DNA from: Folioceros fuciformis
Lineage: Eukaryota
Length of the DNA: 64,000 bases
Assembly (NCBI GenBank): GCA_049999805.1
Contig: JBNGIO010006231.1
Location: 1 to 64,000, forward strand
Reading direction: 5' to 3'
Position numbers and translations under genes: made by a program. The notes under the pieces were generated by a model. It searched no databases, had not been told where the DNA came from, and saw only the letters and a list, made by a program, of their open reading frames with translations. Shown piece after piece: positions 24,341 to 37,943 of this stretch. How positions within the stretch are numbered: the first letter of the stretch is position 1; each line of letters opens with the position of its first letter.

Positions 24341-25261
24341 TGCTTTACATAGTTTATCATCATATGCCCCAAATAGGCATGATAACTAGCCCACCTCACT
24401 TGCTTTAGCTCCTCATCCATGCCCTTCCGCAATGAAAATTGACCCACCTCACTTGCTTCAGGTTCTCATCTATGTTCTTCCGCAATGGTGAGGGGCCACA
24501 ATTGTTGGTTTCAAAAGCTTGAAGATGAACAACAAGAAGGAAAAAAGTTTTGTCTTCCATATTGGTCTACAACCTTGATTCTTTTACAAGAGAGAAAAGT
24601 TTGTACATTAGAGGTATGGCTAGTGATGGGGAACTCAAGAAGAAACTATGAAGAGAAGGGATGCCAAGGCATATTTCCATCTAATATATGAATGGAATAA
24701 ACAAAAAAACACTAAGTACACTTGTCCATATTAGTATTGCATACATCTATGTATTAACCTATCTATTTTTTATTAATAAATAACATTTCATACATATTTA
24801 TTCAAATTTCGAATAAAAATTAATTGATTAAACACTTAACAATAAAAAATGTATAAATAAAAAGATGTCTAAACAAACCTGAAGGAAATCAGATAAAGTG
24901 TTACAAGACCCTTCATTATTTTTAACCGAAGAAAATCTATTAAATGGATAACATTAAATTGAAAATCAAAGATTCAAATTTTCATTAACACACTCAATAT
25001 AATAAATAAGATGCGTGGGGCTAGCAGTCTGAAGTGTTTTGTCCTCTTGTTTCAATGCGGTGGATGTATCGGACGCTGGGTGTCCTGCATGTAGTAGTAA
25101 GGATTGTTCTTACCGAGGCTTCCTCAACGTACTGGGACTCGGAAGCCCTTTGACTCTCTGTTCTCTGGTCCATGCTGTATGATACATTCCACGCACCCGG
25201 AAACTAACCTCGGAACCATCCAGCTGTCTGTGTCCTAGCCAAATTGACTAACCGTAAATTT

Positions 25262-28200
25262 CTAAGCTACCGCACTTGATTCTCCTCGATTTAGAGCCAG
25301 TCTCTGTGAAGAATCAGAAATGCTGCCCAGCTCCCAGATCACCACTCTACCATCCAGTCCTATTAGAGATAGTCAAGGAAGTTAAATACCATTCGAACCG
25401 TTCAAACTCTGTGAAATCGAACAAACACTCACTGCTATACCACATGAGACATACCTGACGTACTGAAGCGACTGACTGTGCTCCCTCCGGGTAACATCAA
25501 AGGCCATATCGTCCTGCGTCAGAAAAACTCACCTCCATCAGAAAGTCCACATGCAGACTGGCTACTAAATGACCGACTTAGCGCTGAACAACATCTACAG
25601 GGAAGGGACTTACGTTATGCAATTCTGGTGCGATGTCTCAAGACCTCCGGAATCGCTGCCCTCAGGTCCTTCACCCCTCTTTGCAAGACTGTGGAATTTG
25701 ACAAGCGTGGCTGAAAACTTCACGACACATGACAAACGACACAAGTCAGCAAAATCTGTACTCGACGCGCACAACTCATGATTCAGAATCTAAGGACCGA
25801 GAGTAGTCGATCACCTGACTGCCACGCTTAACTTCAGACTTCAGTGATTTTGGCTCATCAAGAAACCTCTCGAATTTCCTGCAGAGTGCTTCCAGCACTT
25901 CAGCATAAAGGTACCCAGAACAATACTACTATGTCGCTTTGTTTTGGGCACCCCAATACTAACCATATACCATGTTCATCAACTACAAAGAGCATGGGAT
26001 TGCAATCGTAGCCTCCAGCCACAAGCACCGTCTCTGAGAGAAACAGTACCTAATATCTCCAGAAGACCAAACCCTGAAATCAAAAGCATGTTCAAGGACA
26101 TCTAGCAGCGACCGAGTGAAGTATGCCATCAGAAATACCATGCGACAATTACTTCCTACTGGACAACGTAAACAAAACTTGAAAACGCTGACCTACATCA
26201 CGTATAGGTAGGTGTCGCAAGCTCGTGGACTGTGCAGTTGCCGAAGGTCCAACGTTGGTCAAGATATGAATCGAGGAATCATGACCTAACGTCAAGCTCA
26301 CGATAAGTGTTTCTTGCCAGCTCAAGAGTGCAAACCAGCTTCATCTCCGGAGGTGATAATCGAGTTCAACACTTACCCACGTAGGCCAAGTTCGTGCCGC
26401 TAGGAGACCACTTCACCCCAAAAGCCCATCCCAGAGCAAGATCCAGCTGCACCAGTTGCTGCCAAACAAAGAGAAAAATAACTACTATTGGGCCGGTCAG
26501 CTCACATGACTTTGAGGAAACTCTGCACAAACCTCTCCAAATTTTAGTTCTCCAAAGGGGGTGTTTGCGTCACTTCTGCATGTAATCAGCATTCATGATC
26601 AGACCCAACTTGCACTTGGCTCACAAGGCACCTATCAGCTCTAGAAGAGTTACACATGAACACAGGTTCTCAAGTTAGGTCACGGCAAACCTTGCATCGA
26701 CTCCTTTGATGTAGGCAGCGAAAACCCGGCATTTGCTGTCTGTTGACGTTGTGGCTAAAATAACCTGCAGGCCGGACTGTGGTGAGGAGACTGCAACCCT
26801 CCGAGTCATAAGATCTGCAGAAAGATTCTATGACACGTAGCTCATCAAGATACTGTGCCACCACAACTGGGTTGATGCGATTTTAACTAGCCCTACAAGC
26901 TGATCATTTGCATGCAGAAACTCTGAAATAACAAAGAGGCAACCTTACATTGTTTGGATGCCATGCTACACTCGTAACGGTTGAGCTATGTTTCTTTCTT
27001 ATCAGCTTACTCACCCACCTAGCAAGTTCAACACGGAGACGTGCCGACCAAAGTGAGAAGACGTAGAACTTTCAGAGATGAAGAGCACAACAAAGAAGAT
27101 CATACCAGTTGTTATCTTGTTCATAGTAGCACACACAGACGCTCTTTGCTGAGCTTCCAACAGCAAACTTGTTTTCTGCTAAGAAGTCCTTGTCAAACAC
27201 TTGAAATAGGTGACTTGGCTAGCTCAGGAGAACCACAGTTCAATAGACAGCAATCATTGGTTCAGATAGTAGGCAACGACTCATCATTCAACAGGGGCAG
27301 GGCTATAAACAACCTTTGGGACTCCACTTCACAGAAGTAGCTGCACGATTGAGACGTAAGATGACAAGAGTTGGCTGCCAAGTATTTCCATCAAGACTCC
27401 ACACATATCTGCAGAAGTATCGTGATGGAAGAGTTGGAGACGAAGCCAGAAAATGCAGCCTTGGAAATTTCTGCCTCGAACATGAATGCGTGAATATACG
27501 CTGCAGTTGATAGACAAGACAGGAAAAAACACCTACGAATTTCGATCATGTGATGAGGTCACAATGTAGTTGGAAACAGGAGCCCAGTCGATACCAGAAA
27601 CAAGTTGATCATGCTGCCATTCAAAGAAGACACGGCACCATGGTCAGATTGGCTGCCATACAAGCAAACCCTAAGCAGTCTACCCCAAGAACTGATACAA
27701 GGACGAACTTCAAGCATTCAACGAACCTTACTAAGGACGTACAATCGTTCCCACACGGAATTTGCAGAAGGTGACGCTCTGTAGATATGAACTTCAGCTG
27801 TGTTTGGACACACTGCAACAACTGAAAGAGAAGACAAGCCTGTATCATGCACCGACTATCCACAAGATTGGAGAAGACCCACTTGACAAGCTGTGTCATG
27901 GGCCACTCAATTCCCAGTTCATGGTGCAATTAAAGAAGAGGACAGTTTCAAATCCAGTGTCAAAGAACAGCGACAGGCATACAGGACGAGGTCCAGTTTG
28001 AGGTAAGCAGCAAAATTCCACAAGATCCGCGGTTCCTAAGTTCCACCGCCCCTGACGCCCAATCATAAGGGGCATCACATGTGCAACAAATGACTTCAAT
28101 GCCGATGAAAAACCGTCCGACCACTGTACAGCTGCCAGGTCCTGAAACTACCAGGACCAGGTCCGAGCTCTGAAGAAATATTCGCTCTTTCGTTCTTGAG

Positions 28201-28332
28201 TTTCCTGTCAGCTGACATCACGACCCGAATCCCACATCAAGGTATCGAATTGCAGCACTCACGTGTGAGATCGGCATTCCAGGCATGGCAGGTAATGCTT
28301 TGAGCCAGCTGATGCTTGGCGATCGCCGCCAT
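25262..28332 (-). CDS. ARPC1: Actin-related protein 2/3 complex subunit 1 (WD40), multi-exon
   Basis: [78 protein letters not shown]; stop at 25264-25262. Confidence 0.93.
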
Positions 28333-28525
28333 CGCTGAAGCACACGCCTAGAAGTCACATTACGTGTAAATCCGCCGTGGTGGAGTTTGATCGGTGCTGG
28401 CGACAGATCCAAGGCGGATGGATTCCGTGTGCTACAGCATGTTGTCAAGCTCAGAAATGAAACCTAAAAATTCTCCATCAGGAGTTAAGCGCGTAAGCCA
28501 TGAGAGGGGGACGAGGGCAATAGCA

Positions 28526-29568
28526 ATGGCGAGCATTCGTGAGTTTCGCGGGGCGCAGACAGACTGGGGCGTGGAGACATGGAAGGCAGTGGTTCGCGTG
28601 CGGGAGAAGGTGCGAGGAAGACGAAAGCTGCCTCGGATTGTACCGGATACTCGATTCTCTGACGCGTGGACTGACTGACGATGTAGTTTGTCCCTTCCCT
28701 TCCAGGTCCCGCTGGTGCAATGCATCACCAACTACGTGAGCATGGACATCATGGCCAACACGCTGCTAGCTGCAGGCGCCAGTCCAGCCATGGTGCACGC
28801 GCTGGAGGAGATCCAGGAGTTTACGGCGCTCACCAGCGCGCTATGCATTAACATTGGCACTCTGAGCCCGGACTGGATCTTCTCCATGAAGGTGGCGGCC
28901 ACGCGCGCCAACGAGATGCGCAAGCCCTGGGTGCTGGATCCTGTTGGCGTCGGGGCCACACAGTTTCGCACTGAGAAGTGCGTGGAGCTTATCCGCCTCA
29001 AGCCCACAGTCATCCGCGGCAACGCCTCGGAGATCATGGCGCTAGTCGGGTCGTCCATCAGTCCGTCCACGGTAACTTCTCCTCCACATGTCCATCGCCA
29101 TCCGCTTTCCGATTCGGCCCAGTCCGGTCACGGCTCACGCTTGTGTGCTTCGCTCTCCCCCTTCCACAGGGCGTGGACAGCACTCGCGGATCCCTAGACG
29201 CCATGGACGCGGCCAAGGAGCTGGCCAGGCTCTCGCAGTCCATCGTGGCCGTGACGGGGGCCATGGATCTGGTGACGGACGGGAAGCGGGTGCTGGGAGT
29301 AAGCAACGGCGTGCAGCTGATGCAGCGCATCACGGCCACGGGGTGCGCGGTCACGTCCCTCATCGCGGCATTTGTGGCGGTGCATCCCGGGCAGGCTCTA
29401 GAGGCGGTGGCATTCGCCCTGGCGTTTTTCGGGCTGGCCGGGGAGGCCGGCAACGAAAAGGCATCGGGGCCTGCTTCCCTGCGTATGCACATGCTAGACG
29501 CCTTGCATACTTTGGATGAGGTGACCGTCACTTCTCGGGTCAAGATTGCTCAAATGAGCGCATTTTGA
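28526..29568 (+). CDS. THIM: Hydroxyethylthiazole kinase (thiamine salvage), 3 exons
   Basis: PLVQCITNYVSMDIMANTLLAAGASPAM, INIGTL, WVLDPVG, IRGNASEI, GVDST, ITATGC; GT-AG introns at ~28610-28705 and ~29072-29169. Confidence 0.95.
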
Positions 29569-29610
29569 ACTTCATGCCGGCTTGGCCACGAGTATTATCA
29601 GGCTCTATCT

Positions 29611-31409
29611 ATGGTATCCACTTTTCCGCTGTGCAAACAGGCGGCGTGGGGGAATGGGGGCAATTCGGTGGCCATGATCGGAGCGAGTCCCGGAGCGCTT
29701 GCCTGTTCTCGTGCCCACGCCCCTCGACGGTCTGTCCGTCTTGTGCTTCTGCCCTTGCATGGAGCCCCTCGTTTGGGAGTCGGATGTCTGTCCCCAGCCG
29801 CCTTGCGCAGAGCGCACCGCCGAGCATGGCACCCGCCGGCGGTTGCAGTCCTCGGCACCGTGAAGAAATGGCTGCGGGTCGATGACGATCGAGCGTCTAT
29901 CGGAGAGCGCATCGCAGCCATGGTCCTGGGGGCCAATGCGGCGCCGGTTGCGCAGTATGTGTCTTCCCCTGTCACTGCCCTGCATCAGCTGGACGCCCGC
30001 GTGAAACAGGTGCGTTGCGGATGAGCAGGACTTCGGAATGTAGGTTTCGGGAAGGTTGCGACATGGATTCGTGACAGACTGTGATTGCAATTACTGCAGG
30101 CGTGGTTGTTCGCTCTCGTTTTGCTTCCTTCAAGCTCCAGCTTGATCGTGCGGTCGAGCCTTGTTGGGTTCCTCGTACTTGCTACTATGTGGGTGCTCCC
30201 TCGGCAGATGTGGCAAGTATGGCCGCTCGCAGGTCAAGGCTGTTCTGGCAGGCTTTGTGGTTCTGCTTTGAATTGGTGTGCTGCTTCCATGTTGACTCGC
30301 TATTGGTCCGGCTATGGAATTCTGAGTTTTGACGGCTTGTATACTTTGCTGAATCTTGCAGGATCAGCTAAGGCGCATGCTTCTGTTGTCGACCCTGGTT
30401 ATGGTTATGGTGATGCTAGGGACCGATGGTGCACCCGCATCTGTCCAGGCTCGACGTTTACCACCTTCCATGGAGGGTATACCTAATCTGCCCCGTGCTC
30501 TCTCTGGATATTCTTACCTTCTCCTGAAGGTCGGTCCTATACAGCTGACAAGGCGAGGTCTATCACTTGCTTCTTCAGCTGCTTTCTTGTCCTTCACGGT
30601 AAGTGGCGTTGCACGGTTGTGTTGTGTTCTTACTCGCATTATCACAATCTGACAAAGGGTTACCGCCGTGTTGGCTTTGGCCCAGGTGTTGCAGAGTGCC
30701 ACTCTTTGCCTCACGACAACCACACCCGAGCAATTGGCTGCCGCGCTGCGGTGGTACATGACACCTTTATCCAAGATACGGGTCCCTGTGGATGAAATTA
30801 TTTTCACGCTTCTGCTTTCGTTGAGATTTGTTGGTCTGGTTTTTGATGAAGTAAGTGTTTCATTGAGTTTGCGATTTTAGCTCACACGATTTTCTTCCTC
30901 GGTGGTGCAGTGTGTACTTGAAAGCTTTCATTGGTTAAAAAAGTAGTACAATTTTTGCAGGTTCAAAACGTTGCGTTGGCTATGGTTTCTCGAGGAATGC
31001 AGATGCACAGAATGAAAGCAATGGATGCCGTGGATGGTGAGTTGCCTGAGCCTTTAGGGTTCTCGCCTCTGGTTTGACATTATTATTACTGACGTATCGC
31101 TCGTGGCAGGTCTGTTCACAGTGTGCGGCCGATTGTTTAAGAATCTGTTCATCCACGTTGAACAGATTTCAGAGGTATGTTGTTCTCATCCAACATTATT
31201 TTACTTGAACGAAGGAGGTGGTGTCTACGTAACTTATCAGTGTGCACCGGCATCTGCAGGCAATGGTTGCACGAGGATATAGAGGAGTTGCTGCTGATCA
31301 TGAAGTGTACACGTTTCGAGAATTTCACATGACGGTTGTTGACATAGGTGCTTCTGTCGCTCTGCTGGTTGTGATAGCGGCCGTGTTGGTCATGGAGATG
31401 TTCCTTTGA
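29611..31409 (+). CDS. ABCI12: Plastid ECF-transporter T component (CbiQ/EcfT family, ABCI12-like), multi-exon
   Basis: ALHQLDARVKQ|AWLFALVLLP, LCLTTTTPEQLAAAL, LLLSLRFVGLVFDEV, AMVARGY; start may be 29611 or 29674. Confidence 0.85.
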
Positions 31410-32255
31410 ACTTGACCAGCAAATTTCAGTCTGTTACCAGACAGCCTGTTGACTGTGGCCCTTCCCGTTTCATTATTTCGTGGACTAGAGGTTGCCCTTT
31501 GCATTACGCGGCAATGAACCTAATGAAGCGGAATGGCGATGAGGAGTATCACTCGAGCCATGGTATATTCGATTCGACAGAACGTTCCAAGGCATCAAAA
31601 GGAAACTAACGATTTTAATGACCGTGTTCTTCAGCGGTCCCAGAAATTCATTTCAGACGAACCCACCCGGCACGCGGGACCTCGATAACTTATCCAAGAC
31701 CTTGCGTCCACATAGGGTCATGGCCACCGACAATCTGCCAAGGCAAAGCCGAAAGTGGCAATCACCACATCAACAAGACGTATTCATCAGTCCTCCACGC
31801 TGGATAAGGCCATAAAGCAGACCGAAGAAACCTGTACAACTTCACAGCAAACAACAGCCTTTGCCCTCTATCTGTAATATGAGACGATGAGGAGTACTCA
31901 ACAAAGTAGTCTGATCACACAGTTCAGGACAGGTTGTTACAGGAAGAAAAAGTTTTTTCGTCACTGATGTAAGCATGGCTGCAACTTACATCTGTAACTA
32001 AATCAATAAGCTGTGCCATATGCGACCGAGTGGTCATATACCGCCGGCTACCTGCAGGCCAACATGCGCGCATCAACAGACTGCAGCTTGCCTACAACAG
32101 TCTAGAAAAGGGGTTAGCAAAGGGAATCGACAAGAACATTCAGGGATCGTGATAGATATACCTGCAGAACTCGTATGGCAGTTCAGGGGTTTAATGGCAG
32201 CCACTTCCATGCGCATGCCATTTCACGTCACCATGTATTCATCCAGACTGGACGA

Positions 32256-34247
32256 TTATCTGTGCAGAACATTCTTCTTTGATGTCTTTGATCGCTTTGC
32301 ATTTTGAGCATGATTAACCTGAGCCACAAAAACACAAGAATGAGATTGTACAAATTGGAAAATGCAGCCCTATTTCGAAGACAATCCCACATCCACCCAA
32401 TCTACCTTGTGTCTTTCAATCGCGTCCACATCGGTCCTTTCTTTCCACGTACTCTTCCTCAGCTTTATTGGTCGATTTCCAACATATTTCCCTTCAGCAT
32501 GCACAACAACCAACTCAAAAATCTTCGTTTGAAAACTTGGTACTACAAGACCACTCCATGACAGAACAGGTAAGCTGAAGCGTACCATTCATTTCCTTCA
32601 AGGCCAATGCAAGGTCCGATGGGTTAGCGAAGCTCACGAATCCATAGCCTTTCGTCTTCCCGGTCCGCTTGTCTCGAACAACCTGTGAACGAAAACCAAG
32701 GAGCCCCTAACAAGTCAACCAAAATACACATGATGCTGGATGCACGCGCACAGTCTAGTTCATCATAAGCAGCTACCAAGAGCCAAATGTGCAAGATAGA
32801 GAGAACTTACTCTAGCCATATTGAAGGACGCAAATTTTGTGAACGCTTTGGTTAAAACCTCATCATTAACCTCATTCCCCAGATCTCCGCAGAAAAGACG
32901 ATGATCATCTGAACAGGAGAATTTAAAGAACATCAACAGTCTCTTCCCATAAATGCAACCACTGAAAGTCCGTACACAATGGCCCAAACACAGCGACAGG
33001 AAGAGAGCAGAGGGAAAGGCCTCACTCTCTGGCCAATCGGAAAGAGTCGGGTCCTCCCAGGATTGCCCGGCAGCTTTCCTGGGTATGGCTCTTTTCTTCG
33101 ACTCTGATTTGTGCTCTCCATCTCCACTTGCAAGAGCTGCTTTCACAACTTCCAACGCTTCAGGTGTGATGGTCTGGGCATCTCTTTGAAACAGTTGTTG
33201 AGCCTGCATTTCAGGCAGCATTCACAACACCGACCTCAGAAACGACAAGCAAACGTAGAGTTCGACCTCAGAGTCACGAAACATTGCGGTATTGTACTCT
33301 AATATACCGTCCAAACTGACAAACTATCTCACCTGCTGCTGCTGTGGCAAAGTATAGATGTCGGGAGCCGAAAGCGGTGGCTGGTACATCGACTGGTACT
33401 GAAAGGGGGGACCTTGCGATCCGGAACCCTGACTACCCTGCTGCTGATAATTTTGGCCAGGAAGATACTGCTGCTGTTGCTGCAAGTGGAAAGGGACGGG
33501 AAAATACGAAGGTGGAGGAGGTGCTGAAGGCCGCGTAGGGCCGTAGGAAGAGGATGCTGGCAGGTAAGAGAACTGAGGCGCCGTAGCAGGGGGTGGAGGA
33601 GGTTTAGACACTGAACCAGATGTCTGCGCTCCATTGTTAAGCCACAACATGTGGTTGCCCGCTGATGTAGGAACCTGAACAGGAGGTGGCGCAACATTGG
33701 ATGATGAGAGCGACCGCATTCCTTGCGATACAGAAGGTGGTGAGGAGGGAGGAGGTGGCCTTTGACCTTTTACTGATGCAGATGACTGCGCACCAAAGGC
33801 ACCAGTACCAGCGGGAGACGCCGGGGGAGGGCTCTGCACCAAAACACCAAATCCAAGTCAGCACCGACGTCCACCGCAACATTCGCCATCTCCACCTCTT
33901 CAGCCACAAGCAAACTCACCGGCACCGCAGCATAACCACATACCTACCTGAGGTGTGAAGAAACCTGAAGCCGAAGGAGACGCCGGTGACGGGGCAGTAC
34001 TGGAGGCAGAAGGGGCTGCGAAGATGACAGCAGACGCTGGCCGAGGTGGCGGAGGCGGAGGAGGCAATACAGCCGCCGGCATCCGAGCCAGATTGGAAGC
34101 TCCAGTTCGCGATGGCGGAGGGGGAGGGGGAGGCAGCGGAGCCCTAGCCTTGCTGACCCCTTCCTGTCCAAGAACACTCAACGTGTCCGCGCCTAGGTCC
34201 TTCAGTTCCTGCTCGAAGCGCTCCATTTCGCTGAGGAGACTAGCCAT
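32256..34247 (-). CDS. RBM42: RNA-binding protein 42 (RRM), multi-exon
   Basis: LFQRDAQTITPEALE, RKAAGQSWEDPTLSDWPE, RLFCGDLGNEVND, KTKGYGFVSF, GKYVGNRPIKLRKSTW; Pro-rich N-terminus. Confidence 0.92.
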
Positions 34248-34881
34248 CTTGCCGTCGGCTTCCACCACGCTCCCGGTTGCTGCTTAGAAAACCCTACCAC
34301 ACTCGATGCACAAGACGGCCATAGAACTTGCACGATCTCACCCTGAGGCGCTTCTCAGCGATTTACAACATCCTCAAGCTCATGCTTCCTGAGGCGTGGT
34401 CGGGAACCTGGAGAAAAGCAGGCATTTACACCTCTAATGAAATCATACAGCTGAAGGTAAATCGATCAACACATTTGTCCACTGAACCGCAGCCATGTTA
34501 CTGGGTGGCTGGCCTTCCGAGCTCCTCCCTCGTTTTGGCCGCGAGGATGCGCAATAAGTAATGAATTGACATTCACCACTTACAACCGCATAAATGGTTG
34601 GCAGCTCAGGAGAATGCATACATGTATTATATATTGGAGCTCCAATCCTTCTCTTTTTTTTACTGTATAACTTTTTTTGAATTATATATTGATCTTAGTT
34701 TTATTAAGTAGCACAATAGTAACGATTTTTTCCACCCAAGGAAGCCATTTCTATTATTTTCCATTTTTATTTCTCTTCCATCCAAGGAAGGAAGTCAGTG
34801 TATTTTTTATTATTCAAAAAGATATGGAAAGATTGAACAACCCAAGCAAGGCTTAAGGCCAAAAGGGTACTAGCCACTTGT

Positions 34882-35113
34882 AATATCATTCTCCAAAATT
34901 ACTTATTGCTCCCAAAATATCATGATGTGGAGGCATACCTAGGAATATCATTCTCCAAAATTACTTATTGCTCCCAAAATATCATGATGTGGAAAATAAA
35001 AGGCTTATTGCTCCCAAAATATCATGATGTGGAACAACAAAAGGCATACCTAGGAATATCATTCTCCAAAATTACTTATTGCTCCCAAAATATCATGATG
35101 TGGAATAATAAAA
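34882..35113. repeat. Compound tandem repeat at the 3' end of the CRE-like fragment
   Basis: cttattgctcccaaaatatcatgatgtgga occurs 4 times, three of them preceded by aatatcattctccaaaatta. Confidence 0.85.
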
Positions 35114-35159
35114 GGCGTACCTACAAACAGTGTCGAACAAGCCACTTGACCTGCACTTG

Positions 35160-35764
35160 TTGCTCTCCGAAAACCGTGTTAGCTAATGCTCTTTGCAAAG
35201 CAATGGATACACGTTGTCAAAACAAGCCACCACAAAGGAAAGGGGAGAACACAATTCCTATGACTTTGATAAACCTTGTCGCACTCGTTGATAAACCTTG
35301 AAATGTCCTTGCCCATAGCCCATGAGTCTCAAGAGCAAGGGGGATGAAAGTCTGCCTGTCTTGCAGGGGAGAATTCTTATGGACTTTGGTGCCTGCACAA
35401 CCCTCCGCCGCCCAACAAGGGGGGTTACTGATGAATGCTCGTAGATCGAATCCCTAGTGGGCTCCGTAACAACCACAATAACGACACAAACATATTTCCC
35501 ACTAGTGAAAAGAAGGTTAGCTCTAAGTGAAACCCCATTCCGCAAAGTACATGATCGCTCCCTACACGGATGAAACTCACACTCCCTACCCAATGAAAAC
35601 ATGACATCTCGAACTACATCATGGGTGACACCACGATGCCTTCCAATGGGACAACATGCAAGATGGGGCCATGTATCGACAATGGGAACCCCACAACTGC
35701 ATGTAAAGAGAGAAAAAGCCCAGGGGTGGAGCAAACCTAAGTGAAATCTTATCACAGTGGCCAC
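35160..35764 (-). mobile_element. Second CRE-like non-LTR fragment (Zn knuckle, RLE, C-terminus)
   Basis: IRFHLG..CSCG..D..PHLACC..G..RGVTHDVVRD..SLRANL..VVVTEP and QRVSIALQRALAN; homologous to 22150-22770. Confidence 0.7.
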
Positions 35765-35913
35765 CCTACACCATTCATATTATTTTGTTTTATACTATAC
35801 CTTTTATACTGCANNNNNNNNNNNNNNNNNNNNNNNNNNNNNNNNNNNNNNNNNNNNNNNNNNNNNNNNNNNNNNNNNNNNNNNNNNNNNNNNNNNNNNN
35901 NNNNNNNNNNNNN

Positions 35914-36425
35914 TGCACCACTCATACTGGTGTTTTATATTGCTCCTTTAGTATATCGTCACATCTCCTCTAGCATACCATCACATCGTCATTTCCCCCT
36001 CCTCTCCTAAGCCCATGCACCACTCATACTGGTGTTTTATATTGCTTCTTTAGTATATCGTCACATCTCCTCTAGCATACCATCACATCTCCTCTAGCAT
36101 ACCATCACATCGTCATTTCCCCCTCCTCCCCTAAGCCCATGCACCACTCATACTGGTGTCATCTCCTTTAGCATACCATCACATCGTCGTTTCCCCCTCC
36201 TCTCCTAAGCCCATGCACCACTCATACTGGTGTTTTATATTGCTCCTTTAGTATATCGTCACATCTCCTCTAGCATACCATCACATCTCCTCTAACATAC
36301 CATCACATCTCCTTTAGCATACCATCACATTGTCATTTCCCCCTCCTCTCTTAAGCCCATGCTCCTCTAGCATACCATCACATCGGTCATTTCCCCCTCC
36401 CCTTCTCTTGTGCCCATGCTTCTCT
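35914..36425. repeat. Satellite-like array (~102-bp unit with variable 22-bp subrepeat), flanked by assembly gaps
   Basis: Units begin tgcaccactcatactggtg at 35914, 36016, 36140 and 36214; the subrepeat tcacatctcctctagcatacca varies in copy number. Confidence 0.9.
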
Positions 36426-37132
36426 NNNNNNNNNNNNNNNNNNNNNNNNNNNNNNNNNNNNNNNNNNNNNNNNNNNNNNNNNNNNNNNNNNNNNNNNNNN
36501 NNNNNNNNNNNNNNNNNNNNNNNNNNNNNNNNNNNNNNNNNNNNNNNNNNNNNNNNNNNNNNNNNNNNNNNNNNNNNNNNNNNNNNNNNNNNNNNNNNNN
36601 NNNNNNNNNNNNNNNNNNNNNNNNNNNNNNNNNNNNNNNNNNNNNNNNNNNNNNNNNNNNNNNNNNNNNNNNNNNNNNNNNNNNNNNNNNNNNNNNNNNN
36701 NNNNNNNNNNNNNNNNNNNNNNNNNNNNNNNNNNNNNNNNNNNNNNNNNNNNNNNNNNNNNNNNNNNNNNNNNNNNNNNNNNNNNNNNNNNNNNNNNNNN
36801 NNNNNNNNNNNNNNNNNNNNNNNNNGCCCTGCGCCCTTGGGAGGACCTTTTAAGGAAATGAAGTTGCGGTAACGTTTCCATACGTGTCATCAGGATAAGC
36901 GGGGCCGCCGGGTTACATCGGTCTGGTTACAGGTCGATAGGCACGCTAAATCGTCCGTAGGCTGAAACACTCATGAAATGTATGCGCAACCTCCTAGGAG
37001 TAGAATGATTCGACAGGGCTCCAAGAAGCTTGGTGCCGAGCCGGGTGACGCAGATGGAAAAGCGTCCTCCGGTTGCATAAAAGCTGCAGGGATCCGGAAG
37101 ACGGCACAACAGACTCCCAGGCTTAGGACACG

Positions 37133-37774
37133 ATGGGAGGCGTGGGAGGGAGCATCCAGCAGCGGCGGAGACTCCACATTCGTGAATTCTTCCTCTTGAT
37201 TGCATGTCTGGCCGTTGCCGCATCGCCAGATGTGGAGGCCTCGAGCTACGAGACGTGCAGTTTGCCACTGGAGGCGCAGACTGAGCGGGCGGGTACCAGT
37301 GCTACGAAATTGCAACCGAGTGTGGTCCTCAACTTCTTTATGCACGACAACCTCCTGACGGAGAACCCTAGCGCCATAGTGGTTGTGCCACCGCCGGTGC
37401 TCGACAACTCGACGTTGTCGGACCAGAGCTTCTTCGGCACCGTGGTTGTGTTCGACGACTCCATCACCGAAGACCCCAGCCCCGACTCCCTTGAGCTGGG
37501 CCGCGGCCGCGGGATCTACGTCTTCGATGTCAACAACAATAGCACGCCGGGCATCCAGTTCGTCTGGACGGCCGTCTTCAACGACAACAGCAGCTATGGC
37601 GGCAGCACTTTGAGCTTCCAGGGTCAGGACAACGTGCTGGAGCCGGTGCGTGAAATCTCCATCACGGGAGGTACCGGATTCTTCCGTCTGGCTCGCGGCT
37701 ATGCCGTGATCACCACGTATGAGGCTGTTGCTGCCGCCTTCATCCTCAAAATTGTGTGTTACATATTTTTCTGA
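37133..37774 (+). CDS. Dirigent-like protein, secreted, intronless
   Basis: Hydrophobic signal segment; LNFFMHD, FFGTVVVFDDSITE, LGRGRG, GSTLSFQG, VREISITGGTGFFRLARGYA. Confidence 0.92.
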   Translation: MGGVGGSIQQRRRLHIREFFLLIACLAVAASPDVEASSYETCSLPLEAQTERAGTSATKLQPSVVLNFFMHDNLLTENPSAIVVVPPPVLDNSTLSDQSFFGTVVVFDDSITEDPSPDSLELGRGRGIYVFDVNNNSTPGIQFVWTAVFNDNSSYGGSTLSFQGQDNVLEPVREISITGGTGFFRLARGYAVITTYEAVAAAFILKIVCYIFF

Positions 37775-37822
37775 TACAATTGCTCGAGTAAAGTAGGATA
37801 CCATACAACGGGGAACTAATAG

Positions 37823-37943
37823 AGAATTTGGGACAAAGGGAGCTTACGGTTTGGGGAAGAATTTGGGACAAAGGGAGCTTACGGTTTGGGGAAGAATTTG
37901 GGACAATGGGAAGCTAATAGTGTGGGGTAGAATTTGGGACAAA
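37823..37943. repeat. 35-bp minisatellite in the dirigent 3' region
   Basis: agaatttgggacaaagggagcttacggtttgggga, ~3.5 copies. Confidence 0.85.

Noticed and set aside
36330-36890. ORF-track entries spanning N runs (also at ~685, ~35815 and ~42865)
   Set aside because: Artefacts of assembly gaps.
36971-37804. 277-aa ORF antisense to the dirigent gene
   Set aside because: Shadow ORF expected from GC-rich codon usage; no recognisable motifs.
34882-37943. Short repeat arrays considered as CRISPR-like
   Set aside because: Contiguous tandem units without unique spacers, in a eukaryotic context with no cas genes.
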